From PVC group bacterium (GTDB lineage Bacteria > Omnitrophota > Gorgyraeia > B26-G9): DNA of 64,000 bases. The stretch's first letter is position 1; each line of letters opens with the position of its first letter. The translations under genes and the position numbers were made by a program. Of the stretch, positions 9,972-20,059 are shown piece by piece. The notes under the pieces were generated by a model. The model saw only the letters and a program-made list of their open reading frames with translations, did no database searches and was not told the DNA's origin. The stretch lies in contig JAAEQR010000072.1 in the NCBI GenBank assembly GCA_024231215.1, positions 449,210-513,209 on the forward strand. The letters run 5' to 3'.

Positions 9972-12449
9972 TTGTTACCTTTGAGCACAAGAGAGTTGCC
10001 GGATAAGAGAAAAAAAATATCTTTTCTTCTTCTTATTGTTGTGATTTTATTCTGCATTCCTTTTTTTTGGAGTAGTCCTAATCACTATAACCTGGGCGGG
10101 GATGATTCGCGTTTGTATTTATATTCTCCGTATGAGTGGCTGCATAATGTAGCATTGTATTCATGGTTTGATATTTCCGGGATATCTTCGTATAACCCCC
10201 AGCAATTTTCCTTTCCTTTTGTCATATTGCTTGCTTTGTTGCAGAAGATATTTTTCTTTCTTAATATCCAAAAATTAGCTTGGGGGCTAACTCTTTCTTT
10301 TGGATTTTTTTCTATATATTTGTTTATCGAAGAATTATTGCAGGATAAAAATAATCTGAATTCTACTATTTCAGCTGCAATCGGAGGGTTGCTCTATGTT
10401 TTCTTCCCGTTAATATTTTATATAGATTGGCCTCAGCCGCTGTACAATCTATATGCTATTGCGGTGTTTCCATCATTTCTCTGGTTTTTTCTAAAGGCAG
10501 TGAATAATGCAGATGTGAGGTATTTGTTAGGTGGTGCAGTAGTAAGCGCGTTATTTAGTCTGGTGATTGTGAATTTCCCGTGGTTTTTACCTTTTGCAAT
10601 TGGAGCTTTTATTTTTCTTGTGTTGTATTGTTTTTTAATTGAAGAAAATAAAGGTAGGCTAGGCTTTTATTTGCTTTTATATGTTTTGTTTTCGATATTA
10701 TTCAATCTTTTTTGGATAATCCCATTGTTGCATTCTATTCTTTTTGGGGGATTTGCCAGCGAAGCTACTGTAGGCGGTGGAGTTAAAGAAGCTGCATTAA
10801 ATGTTATTCATAGTGTGGCACCGTCGATGAATATTTTTGATACGCTTTGCGGATTATTGAGCAGAGAATTGATTTTTGGTTGGAACTGGCCACAGAAAGT
10901 AATTGCGAAGTACACATTCAACTTTTCCGCTTTTAGCGCGTTGCTTCCAGGGGTTATCTTTTTGTCACTGCTAATCAGGCAAGGGAAGGTAAGAACTAAA
11001 AAATTACTGGTAATTTTTAGTTTAATAACAGTAATCCTGGCTTATTTGCAGACTGTTAATATCGGGGGATGGGGAGTTAAATTATTTGATTGGTTAATAT
11101 ATACTGTTCCTTGGTGGACAATGTTGAGGAATTTCTTTAGTAAAGTACCTATTGCCTATGGCATCTTTTTCTCAATTACAATAGGTATAGCTGTTTTTCA
11201 CGTATTAGAACGGATTAATAAGCAAAAAATAAAGAGAATATTTGTTGCCGGACTTATAGTTGTTATTTTAGTTCAGGCTTTGCCCTTTATTTTTGGAAGG
11301 GTTAATGCTCTGCCTGTCTATAATGCGGATATTCCTTTGAACCGAAATATTATTGTGCCGGACTATTATCGAGAGACTACAGAGTATATCAAAAAATTAA
11401 GGGTAGGGCGAGTGTTGACCCTTCCGATGACGTTTGCGACATGGTCAATTTTTAAAAGCTCTTGTGGGAAAGGCTTATATGTGGGGAGTTCTCCGATAAA
11501 AGTTTTTACGGGTAAGGACGATTTTAATGGGAAGATGGGTTTTGAAAGAATCTCGGGTCTGCCGGAGCTGATTATTGATGCTTATCAGAAAGATGCTAAT
11601 GTATTAGGTTATGTTTTTGGAAAATTAGGTGTTCGCTATATGCTTTATAATACGCAGATGGAGAAATTACCGGAGGTTTTAAAGACAGGATGGTTGTGGG
11701 AATACGAAACACTTTCAAATAATAAAAGCATAAAGTCAATTTTAAGTAGTGTGGCAAATGAAAGGTTGGCTGTTTTTGGGCCTTTAGAAATATATAAGAT
11801 CAATGATGAGTTTTTTCTACCGCATATTTATCCTGCTAAAAAGGCAAGTGTAGTAAAAGGAGATATAAGTGCTTTAATGTCTTTATCTGAGGGTATTGAC
11901 TTGGATAAATCAGATGTTTTATTTTTTGAGAAAAACGAAACGACTAAGGGCAAAGGGATATTCTCGGATGAGGGGAGAATAGAAGGAGGTAATAATCCTG
12001 AAATAGTTTTTAAGAAAATAAACCCCACAAAATTTAGCGTAGAAATCAAAAATGCCAAACATCCTTTCTGGCTGGTATTTAATGAAAGGTTTCATGAAGA
12101 CTGGAATATTTATAAAACACAAATATCCGATGCAAATACTCTTAGAAATGATGAGTTATCCAGTTATTCTCAATTTGGGGTAAAAGAATCAGAATACCGG
12201 CTGCAATTTGCCCCGCAGGATTTTAAATTCCTTTTTTTAAAACCAATGGATTTGCAGCATAAGGTTGCTAATGCTTATGCGAACGCATGGTATATAGAGC
12301 CTGAAAACTTTGAGAAAAGTAATAATTTTTCTTTTGTCATATACTTTTTGCCGCAAAGCTTTTTTTATTTAGGATTACTAATTTCTGTTTTTTCGATGCT
12401 TTTGTCGGTGATTTTCATGATTGTTTATAGTATTAAAAGGAGAAGCTAG
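9972..12449 (+). CDS. Polytopic membrane protein, GT-C-like (AftD/DUF3367/YfhO-like)
   Basis: GGDD after TM1; many TMs; RVLTLP, LGVRY, INPTKF, LVFNERF and ANAYANAW motifs; C-terminal TM. Confidence 0.55.
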   Translation: MLPLSTRELPDKRKKISFLLLIVVILFCIPFFWSSPNHYNLGGDDSRLYLYSPYEWLHNVALYSWFDISGISSYNPQQFSFPFVILLALLQKIFFFLNIQKLAWGLTLSFGFFSIYLFIEELLQDKNNLNSTISAAIGGLLYVFFPLIFYIDWPQPLYNLYAIAVFPSFLWFFLKAVNNADVRYLLGGAVVSALFSLVIVNFPWFLPFAIGAFIFLVLYCFLIEENKGRLGFYLLLYVLFSILFNLFWIIPLLHSILFGGFASEATVGGGVKEAALNVIHSVAPSMNIFDTLCGLLSRELIFGWNWPQKVIAKYTFNFSAFSALLPGVIFLSLLIRQGKVRTKKLLVIFSLITVILAYLQTVNIGGWGVKLFDWLIYTVPWWTMLRNFFSKVPIAYGIFFSITIGIAVFHVLERINKQKIKRIFVAGLIVVILVQALPFIFGRVNALPVYNADIPLNRNIIVPDYYRETTEYIKKLRVGRVLTLPMTFATWSIFKSSCGKGLYVGSSPIKVFTGKDDFNGKMGFERISGLPELIIDAYQKDANVLGYVFGKLGVRYMLYNTQMEKLPEVLKTGWLWEYETLSNNKSIKSILSSVANERLAVFGPLEIYKINDEFFLPHIYPAKKASVVKGDISALMSLSEGIDLDKSDVLFFEKNETTKGKGIFSDEGRIEGGNNPEIVFKKINPTKFSVEIKNAKHPFWLVFNERFHEDWNIYKTQISDANTLRNDELSSYSQFGVKESEYRLQFAPQDFKFLFLKPMDLQHKVANAYANAWYIEPENFEKSNNFSFVIYFLPQSFFYLGLLISVFSMLLSVIFMIVYSIKRRS

Positions 12450-13474
12450 TGATAAACTTTAAAAAGATAAGAGATAAACAGTTAGCGTTTTTAATTTCAC
12501 TGATTATTGTTCTTTCTTGTTTTTTGATTGCAGATACTAATTTAGCGAAAAAAGTTGTTAGTGTGGAACGGGAATATCCGGTTAATTCCGAATCGCTGTT
12601 GAAGAAAATACCGTTGCCGATTAAAAGTGATTATGTGGTGAAAATCAAGTATCAGTCTAGAAAGATGATGGGGGCGATGGTTTGGTTAAATCAATATCCA
12701 TTAGAAATGAGGGCGTCTAACGTATCAAATAAATTGAATGTTACATGTTATTATTATGCACCGAAAGACAAAGTAATGCTTGGGGATAATGTTTTCGAAA
12801 TTAAGTTCCACGGAGAACATCCATCAACAGTAACGGTGCGTATGAATAACTACGTTGCAGCAGTAGCAGATAATAATATTATTATTTCACTAGCAAACTC
12901 TGTTTTTAAAAATAAGGCTTGGGTTAAACTTTTCTTTTTTGGGATTATTTTGTTTGGTTGTGTTTTTTGGGTATGGCGGTTTCTGGTTTTTATGGGTATG
13001 GTTCTTTTTCATGAATCATTTCAGAGAAGTACTTTTAACACAGCACTTTCTTTTTCCCCCTGCACGTTATTATTTTTTATTCTTTCGATTAAGTCTTATC
13101 AAGGTCCATATTTGATTGCGATAAGTCCGGGGTATCTTTTATTATTATTTGTTCTTTTAACAGGGTTTACTAACGCTGTTTTAAATCTTATCCATGTATT
13201 AATCTTGAGGAAAGTATTTCCGTCGATTAAGCGTGAGTATATTCTGCCGACAGCTCGGGTGGAGATTCCCCCCTGGCTTATAGGGGGCGGAAAGTGGTTT
13301 AAGAAAAGGAGTTTAGCTGATAAATGCATAATATTCTGTTTATTTGTTTTTAGTTGTTCTGTTTTTCTTTTTATGCTGGGGGTGTCGAAATGGGGAGAGC
13401 CCCTTGCTAACGTAGCATATACCAGCGTACTTATAGGTATTTCCATGAAATTATTTAGCTTAACTAAGAAATAA
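12449..13474 (+). CDS. Hypothetical membrane protein
   Basis: N-terminal TM, beta-rich soluble region, five further hydrophobic segments; coupled to the upstream gene. Confidence 0.6.
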   Translation: MINFKKIRDKQLAFLISLIIVLSCFLIADTNLAKKVVSVEREYPVNSESLLKKIPLPIKSDYVVKIKYQSRKMMGAMVWLNQYPLEMRASNVSNKLNVTCYYYAPKDKVMLGDNVFEIKFHGEHPSTVTVRMNNYVAAVADNNIIISLANSVFKNKAWVKLFFFGIILFGCVFWVWRFLVFMGMVLFHESFQRSTFNTALSFSPCTLLFFILSIKSYQGPYLIAISPGYLLLLFVLLTGFTNAVLNLIHVLILRKVFPSIKREYILPTARVEIPPWLIGGGKWFKKRSLADKCIIFCLFVFSCSVFLFMLGVSKWGEPLANVAYTSVLIGISMKLFSLTKK

Positions 13475-13481
13475 TAATCTT

Positions 13482-15941
13482 GTGAAAAGCAAAATTTTAA
13501 TTTTAGCATTTTTTGTGCTATTGAGTATAATAGCCACATATCCTCTGATTATCCATTTTGATGAACAGCTTTTTGGTAATCCTACAGATAATTTAGCTGC
13601 AGTCTGGAATTTCTGGTGGGTTAAGACTGCTGTGCAGCAAAACATTTCAGATTTGTACATACCTATGTTAGCGGCTCCTTATGGGGTCGATGTTAGTGCA
13701 ACGCCTTATTATCCAGTTTGGAATTACATGAATGCAAGATTAGCTCTTTTGATGGGGGAGATTGCTACCTATAATATCCAGATTCTATTAGGATTTATTT
13801 TTTCCGGTTTTTGTATGGCGTATATGATTTATCGGTTTACAAAAAAGCGGACAATTGCTTTAATCGTAGGAACAATCTTTACTCTTTCTCCATACCACTT
13901 TGCGCAAGCCTTTGAGTATCTAGCATTAAGTAATATGCAGTGGATGATTATATATGTAATAAGTCTTTTTAATCTAAAGCGGAAAACTAATTACTTAAAT
14001 GGAATAATTTGTGCGGTGGCTTTGGCTATGATTGGTTTTTTTGATTATTACTATCTGTATTTTATGATTATCTTTACCGGAGTATTTTTGGTTTATTGTG
14101 CATGGTATTACAGGAAGCAATTAAATAAAAATATATTTCTTAAAAAAATTAAAGTTATCTTGTTTTCTGCGATGGTACATTTGATTGTTTTGGTTCCGGG
14201 GATTACCCATATTATTTTTCCGAATAAATCTGCACAAGTTATAGCACAGCCTTCAGGTGTTGATTTTGTCCGTCCGCTGAATCATTTATTTGCGGATTCT
14301 GCAAGGGTGCTCAATTATTTTTTACCAGCTCCTTTTCATCCTGTTCTAGGTAAAATAACTGAGCCGTTGATAGGCACTTTTCTCTACGGTGATAACTTTT
14401 TTGGTAATGCGTTATATCTGGGGTATGTGGGTATTTTCTTGGCATTTGTTTGTATTTCCCGCTGGAGGAAAGAATCTGCCTTAGAAAAAAAAGACAGGAT
14501 AGGGGAGGAAGATAATTTCACAATAAGCTTCTTTTTTGCAGCGTTTTTTATTTTTATGATTTTCTCGTTCCCTCCGTATTGGCAAATAGGCAAAGTTATG
14601 ATTCCATTCCCTTCATTTTTTTTATATAAGATAGTTCCGATGTTTCGCAATTATGCCCGGATGGGGGTATTAGTATTGATATCTGTATGTGTGCTTTCCG
14701 GATTTGGTTTGAAGTATATATTTAAATCAATCCGGGAATCAAAAAAGAGGTTGGCATTGAGTGGTGTGTTTTTCATGCTTATATTTTTGGAGTTTTTACC
14801 CTTTCCTCCGGCTAGAATTGTCGATTGTATGAATATACCGGCGGCTTATCAATGGCTGAAGGAGGATTCCACGGATTTTATTATTGCGGAATATCCATTA
14901 GAAGCGGATGAACGTCTCTATTTATTTTATCAGAGGATTCATGCTAAGAAGATGATTAACGGTGCTATGCCCGGGACATATGCCTATGAAGTAAGGAGTA
15001 AAATCCTAGATATCGAAAATGAACAAACATCGATGATGCTTAGTTTTCTTGGGGCGAAATATGTGTTGATTCATCGGGATAGTTATCTTAACTATGAGGG
15101 AGGTCAGGTGCTAGGTCAGATCCCAAACTTAAATGGAGTGTCGGGACTTAAATTACTGAAAAAATTTGAAGATATCGATATTTATGAAGTAATTGCCTCA
15201 CCGTTGGATCCTAGAAAAGTTGTTGTTAGAAAAAAGAGTATGGAAAAAAAATCTTTTGTTGCAGAAGAAATTATTCCCGCAAATGGAGTTTTTAAATTTA
15301 AGCCGGGAGATTCGTTGAAATATACAGTGAAATATTTCAATTTAATACCAGCCCTTAATGTTCAAATAGATATGTGCCGGGAAGCGAATAATTTGGAAAA
15401 TGAAATTATTTTGAAGGCGAAGATCCATAGTACTAAAATGTTTTCTTATTTAGTGAATTTTCAAGCGGTATTTAATTCATTTTTTGATCGGAAATATTTA
15501 AGCCCTTTCCGATATGAAGAATCTTATGGTATTGTAGGACAGAAGCCGCGGAGTAAATATGCGGTTTTTGACCGTGGCAGCCAGGTTATGAGAACAAGTG
15601 ATAAAGAAGTTAAAATTCCGCCACATACGCAGGATCCTATTTCTATAATTTTTTTCCTTTCAAGTCAGAAATTTGAGCTTGGGAAAAAAATAGAAATAAA
15701 TTTAAACCCCGGTAAATCTAACTATAAGGTAGAAGCTGAGGTCTTAGGCAAAGATAAGATTAGTGTATTAGGTCGAAAAAAATATGCATGGAAAGTAGGT
15801 GTAACTCTTTTTAGAGGGAAAAAAGAACAAAAGAAGAATGCTGAGGCGATTTTATGGTTTTCAGTCACAGATAAACAAGAATTATTGGCATTGAGAGCAT
15901 CAACTAAAATTGGTGTTTTTAATATGGACTTAAGGAAATAA
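13482..15941 (+). CDS. YfhO/GT-C-like membrane protein fused to a C-terminal DUF3108-like domain
   Basis: Multi-TM N-terminus (LYLG, FRNYAR, H.KKMING). The C-terminus has FKPGDSLKYTVKY, TQDPIS and LWFS, a DUF3108-like pattern. Confidence 0.55.
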   Translation: MKSKILILAFFVLLSIIATYPLIIHFDEQLFGNPTDNLAAVWNFWWVKTAVQQNISDLYIPMLAAPYGVDVSATPYYPVWNYMNARLALLMGEIATYNIQILLGFIFSGFCMAYMIYRFTKKRTIALIVGTIFTLSPYHFAQAFEYLALSNMQWMIIYVISLFNLKRKTNYLNGIICAVALAMIGFFDYYYLYFMIIFTGVFLVYCAWYYRKQLNKNIFLKKIKVILFSAMVHLIVLVPGITHIIFPNKSAQVIAQPSGVDFVRPLNHLFADSARVLNYFLPAPFHPVLGKITEPLIGTFLYGDNFFGNALYLGYVGIFLAFVCISRWRKESALEKKDRIGEEDNFTISFFFAAFFIFMIFSFPPYWQIGKVMIPFPSFFLYKIVPMFRNYARMGVLVLISVCVLSGFGLKYIFKSIRESKKRLALSGVFFMLIFLEFLPFPPARIVDCMNIPAAYQWLKEDSTDFIIAEYPLEADERLYLFYQRIHAKKMINGAMPGTYAYEVRSKILDIENEQTSMMLSFLGAKYVLIHRDSYLNYEGGQVLGQIPNLNGVSGLKLLKKFEDIDIYEVIASPLDPRKVVVRKKSMEKKSFVAEEIIPANGVFKFKPGDSLKYTVKYFNLIPALNVQIDMCREANNLENEIILKAKIHSTKMFSYLVNFQAVFNSFFDRKYLSPFRYEESYGIVGQKPRSKYAVFDRGSQVMRTSDKEVKIPPHTQDPISIIFFLSSQKFELGKKIEINLNPGKSNYKVEAEVLGKDKISVLGRKKYAWKVGVTLFRGKKEQKKNAEAILWFSVTDKQELLALRASTKIGVFNMDLRK

Positions 15942-15957
15942 AAGAGGGGAATATCAC

Positions 15958-16470
15958 ATGCTAAATGCTGAAAAATTGATTGTTTTAGATTTTGGATGTA
16001 AGACGGAAAAATGCGAGGGAGCAATTGGGGTGGATATTGACCCTACGGTTAATCCTGATGTTGTTCATGACTTCAATGTTTTTCCTTATCCATTTAAAGA
16101 TAATTATGCAGATAAAATATACGCAAAACATATAATAGAACATTTGGATAATCCTAAAAAGTTTATTGAAGAAATCTATCGTATACTCAAACCTGGTGGA
16201 ATAGTTTTTATTGAGACTCCGCATTTTTCTAATTATGTTGCATATGCAGAACCTCAGCATAAGTTATTTTATTCTTATTTTATGTTTAGGGAGATAATGT
16301 CGGGAGTACGCAAAAACATTGAGGTTTTGCAGTGGAAGCTTACTTTTTATAGGACATTCCGGTTTGTTGGGGTCCAGGCTTTAGCAAATAAGTTTCCGGT
16401 AGAATATGAGCGGTTTTGGACATATATGTTTCCGGCTGAAAATATTGTCTTGAAATTTAAAAAAATATAA
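15958..16470 (+). CDS. Small class I SAM-dependent methyltransferase
   Basis: VLDFGC, GVDI, HIIEHL, RILKPGG, TPHF. Confidence 0.8.
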   Translation: MLNAEKLIVLDFGCKTEKCEGAIGVDIDPTVNPDVVHDFNVFPYPFKDNYADKIYAKHIIEHLDNPKKFIEEIYRILKPGGIVFIETPHFSNYVAYAEPQHKLFYSYFMFREIMSGVRKNIEVLQWKLTFYRTFRFVGVQALANKFPVEYERFWTYMFPAENIVLKFKKI

Positions 16471-16584
16471 TAGGGCAGAAGCGGTTAATGGAGTTTTTCG
16501 GCTGGAAATAGCCATAGAATTAAAATTGTTTTTATGGTAAAATTAGATAATATTTGATAAGTAAGTAGAACTAGAGGAGGAAGT

Positions 16585-17631
16585 GTGAAGGTATTAGTGA
16601 CCGGGGGAGCCGGATTAGTTGGATCACATTGTGCCGAATATTATGCGAATAAAGGTGCTAAGGTTGTCGTTCTGGATAATTTGATTCGCTCTCAGATATT
16701 TAAATCCAAAAAAGAGAGTGTAGAGTATAACTGGAGACGCCTTGGTAAATTTAAAAATATAAAAAGAATAAAAGGTGATGTTCGAGAAGAAAAAGACGTG
16801 TTGTCGGCTATTGGAAAAGGAGTAGATGCGGTAATCCATGCGGCAGGACAGCCGGGTATTCCTTCGTCGATACGGATGCCTAAAGAAGATTTCAGTATTA
16901 ATGCTTTTGGAACTCTTAATGTTCTGGAGTGTTTGCGCAAAAAAAGTAAAAAAGCTGCTTTTGTCTATTGTTCGACTAATAAGGTTTATGGAGAGAATGT
17001 AGATAAAGTGGCATTAAAGCAGCTGAAAACACGATATATGTTTAAAGGGATGAAGGGCGTTGACGAGCATATGCTTACTGATTTGGCGGGACATACACCG
17101 TACGGAGTAAGTAAATTGGTTGGGGATTTATACACACAGGAATATGCGCGTATTTATGGGATGAAGACAGCAGTATTTAGAATGAGTTGTATCTATGGAG
17201 ATAGACAGTTTGGATATGAGGATCAGGGCTGGGTGGCCTGGTTTATTATTGCTTGTCTTTTAGGAAAAAAAATTACTATTTATGGAAACGGTAAGCAGGT
17301 TCGCGATTTGTTGTATGCTGGTGATCTAGCCAAAGCTTTTGATTTATTTATAACAAATCAAAAACATAGACATGTTTTAGTGAATATTGGCGGGGGGCCG
17401 GAAAATACGACTTCATTATTGGAATATTTAAAGAGGTTAGAAGGTTTGGTTGGAAAGCCTCCTAAGGTTAAGTTTGCGGATTGGCGACTTTCTGATCAGC
17501 GAGTATATATTAGTAATATTGATAAAGCAAAAAAGATATTGTCCTGGAAACCAGCGGTAAGTATTGATCAGGGATCACTAGAGCTTACCAAATGGATCAA
17601 GAATAATAAAAGTATGTTTTGGATAGATTAA
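16585..17631 (+). CDS. NAD-dependent sugar epimerase, CDP-paratose 2-epimerase (RfbE)-like
   Basis: GGAGLVG Rossmann motif; STNKVYG; YGVSK (YxxxK); FRMSCIYG.RQFG.EDQGWV. Confidence 0.8.
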   Translation: MKVLVTGGAGLVGSHCAEYYANKGAKVVVLDNLIRSQIFKSKKESVEYNWRRLGKFKNIKRIKGDVREEKDVLSAIGKGVDAVIHAAGQPGIPSSIRMPKEDFSINAFGTLNVLECLRKKSKKAAFVYCSTNKVYGENVDKVALKQLKTRYMFKGMKGVDEHMLTDLAGHTPYGVSKLVGDLYTQEYARIYGMKTAVFRMSCIYGDRQFGYEDQGWVAWFIIACLLGKKITIYGNGKQVRDLLYAGDLAKAFDLFITNQKHRHVLVNIGGGPENTTSLLEYLKRLEGLVGKPPKVKFADWRLSDQRVYISNIDKAKKILSWKPAVSIDQGSLELTKWIKNNKSMFWID

Positions 17632-17656
17632 GTAATGTTATGGAGGAGGAAGAAGA

Positions 17657-18517
17657 ATGAAGGGTATTATTTTGGCTGGAGGCAGAGCTACAAGGCTTTA
17701 TCCGATTACAAAGGTAGTTTGTAAACAGCTGCTTCCCTTGTACGATAAACCGATGATATATTATCCTTTATCAACGCTTATGCAGGCTGGAATCAGAGAT
17801 GTATTGATTATATCTACCCCGTATGATTTGCCCCGGATTAAAGAATTGTTTTTAGATGGCAAAGAAATAGGGATTAATATTTCTTATGCAGAGCAGGCTG
17901 AGCCTAAGGGGATTGCAGATGCGTTTGTTGTGGGGAAAGAATTTATTGGCAATGAAAAAGTATGTTTGATTTTGGGGGATAATATTTTCTATGGTAATGA
18001 AATGTCGGAATATCTTAAAGAAGCTATGAGTTTTCAGCAGGGAGCAGCTATTTTTGGTTATTATGTAAAAGATCCCGAGCGGTATGGTGTTATTGAGTTT
18101 GATCAGGCGCACAATGTAGTTTCTATAGAGGAAAAACCCAAACAGCCAAAATCTCATTGGGTTGCTACCGGACTTTATGTCTATGACAATGAAGTTGTAA
18201 ATATTGCGAGTAATCTTGCTCCTTCGCAACGAGGGGAACTTGAGATTACCGATGTTAACAATGTTTATTTGAGTAAAAAACAATTAAAAGTAAAATTGCT
18301 TGGCCGGGGGTATGCTTGGCTGGATACAGGTACATATGACTCTCTTATAGATGCATCTGTTTTCATTAAGACAATTGAGGAACGACAGGGGCTAAAAATA
18401 GGTTGTGTGGAGGAAATTGCTTATCGTATGGGGTATATTGATAAAGAACAAGTGAAAAATCTAGCGAAGAAGATAAATACAGATTATGGTAATTATCTTC
18501 GTAGTATTATCACGTAG
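17657..18517 (+). CDS. rfbA: Glucose-1-phosphate thymidylyltransferase
   Basis: [39 protein letters not shown]. Confidence 0.96.
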   Translation: MKGIILAGGRATRLYPITKVVCKQLLPLYDKPMIYYPLSTLMQAGIRDVLIISTPYDLPRIKELFLDGKEIGINISYAEQAEPKGIADAFVVGKEFIGNEKVCLILGDNIFYGNEMSEYLKEAMSFQQGAAIFGYYVKDPERYGVIEFDQAHNVVSIEEKPKQPKSHWVATGLYVYDNEVVNIASNLAPSQRGELEITDVNNVYLSKKQLKVKLLGRGYAWLDTGTYDSLIDASVFIKTIEERQGLKIGCVEEIAYRMGYIDKEQVKNLAKKINTDYGNYLRSIIT

Positions 18518-18541
18518 GGGTTTGATTTATCAAATCCCCTA
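18514..18541 (+). repeat. GTAG-type REP-like palindrome
   Basis: GTAGGGGTTTGAT-TT-ATCAAATCCCCTA hairpin; its TAG is the rfbA stop codon. Confidence 0.6.
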
Positions 18542-18571
18542 ATCAGTAGTTACAATTATGGAGTAAAATTT

Positions 18572-19993
18572 ATGAAAAAAAGTATTTATTTTATAATGGC
18601 CGGAGGCGAAGGGATGCGGCTATGGCCGATGAGTCGGTCTCATTTTCCGAAACAGTTACATTCTTTGTTGGGTAAAGAATCAATGCTACAACAGTCAATA
18701 GGCAGGCTTTTGAAAATAGCAGACCCAGAGAATATTCTTATCGGGACTCGGGAAGATTTATATTTTTCGGTTAAGGAGCAATGGGCAAATATGAATTTAA
18801 AAGCGGATCCGTGGTTGATTCTGGAGCCTTTAAGCCGGAATACAGCACCGGCAATTGCCTTGGCTATTCTTGCCTGCCGTGAAAGATTTGGAGAGGATGT
18901 AATAATTTCTACATTTGCGGCAGATCATGTAATTAAGGATAAAAAGAAATTTGAAGAGCTTTTGAAAACCGGGATACGGATTGCCCAAAAAGGACAGATT
19001 GTAACTTTTGGTATTGTGCCGGATTATCCGGAAACGGGATATGGTTATATAAAATCCGGAAAGAAAATCGAAAAAGATGTTTTTGAAGTGGCACAGTTCA
19101 AAGAAAAACCCTCTTTGCAGACAGCAGAGAAGTATGTAAAACAGGGTAATTATTTTTGGAACAGCGGCATGTTTATTTTTGATAGCGGAGTTGTTGCCGA
19201 AGCGTTAAAGAAGTTTTCGCCTGAGGTGTGGAAAACAGCTGAAAAAGTTTGGAAGGCAAAAAGAAAGAAGAACGGAGGAGTAGTTTTTCCTCAGAGTCTA
19301 TTTAGTAAATTTTCCAAAGTTTCTATAGATTATGCGGTTATGGAAAAGGCTTCCAAACTGGCTGTAATCAAGGCTGATTTTCGCTGGTGTGATGTTGGCT
19401 GCTGGCGTATGGTGCATGAGATGTCAGAGAAGGACAAAAACGGAAATGTTTTTTCCGGGAATATATTCAGCGTGGATTCAAGTCGCAGCTTTATAAAATC
19501 TGAGAAGCGTTTTGTTGCTGCGGTAGGGGTGCATGATTTGGTTGTTATTGATACACCTGATGCATTGCTTATTTCAGAGCAAGGTCGCAGTCAGGATGTG
19601 AAAAAAGTGGTAGAAAAGCTAAATGCTCAACAATCACAGTTGACAAAGTTTCATGCTACAGTATATAGGCCCTGGGGGAATTATACTGTACTTGAAGAAG
19701 GTCCGGGTTATAAAATTAAACGTATGGTTGTAAAACCAAAACAAAAACTGTCTTTACAAAAGCATAACTTTCGGAGTGAACATTGGGTAGTAATTTCAGG
19801 TAAAGCACGGATTATAAATGAACGCAATTCAATTCTGCTAAAAGCCAATGAGAGTATTTTTATTCGCAAAAAAGGAAAACATCGAATTATTAATCCGTAT
19901 AATACAGAGCTGGTAATTATCGAGGTTCAGACCGGAACAAATATAAGTGAAGATGACATCGTGAGATATGAAGATATTTACGAACGCATATAA
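18572..19993 (+). CDS. manC: Mannose-1-phosphate guanylyltransferase / mannose-6-phosphate isomerase
   Basis: GG.G.RLWPMSR, RNTAPAI, ETGYGYI, WNSGMF, SIDYAVME; cupin motifs RPWG and RSEHW. Confidence 0.95.
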   Translation: MKKSIYFIMAGGEGMRLWPMSRSHFPKQLHSLLGKESMLQQSIGRLLKIADPENILIGTREDLYFSVKEQWANMNLKADPWLILEPLSRNTAPAIALAILACRERFGEDVIISTFAADHVIKDKKKFEELLKTGIRIAQKGQIVTFGIVPDYPETGYGYIKSGKKIEKDVFEVAQFKEKPSLQTAEKYVKQGNYFWNSGMFIFDSGVVAEALKKFSPEVWKTAEKVWKAKRKKNGGVVFPQSLFSKFSKVSIDYAVMEKASKLAVIKADFRWCDVGCWRMVHEMSEKDKNGNVFSGNIFSVDSSRSFIKSEKRFVAAVGVHDLVVIDTPDALLISEQGRSQDVKKVVEKLNAQQSQLTKFHATVYRPWGNYTVLEEGPGYKIKRMVVKPKQKLSLQKHNFRSEHWVVISGKARIINERNSILLKANESIFIRKKGKHRIINPYNTELVIIEVQTGTNISEDDIVRYEDIYERI

Positions 19994-19999
19994 TAGAAA

Positions 20000-20029
20000 T
20001 TGGCAGGAATAAAAGAGATAAGGTATACT
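20000..20029 (+). promoter_or_regulatory. Putative sigma70 promoter for the riboswitch leader
   Basis: TTGGCA-18 nt-TATACT. Confidence 0.5.
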
Positions 20030-20059
20030 TATAGTAAGGGTAAAAAATACATAATTTAA

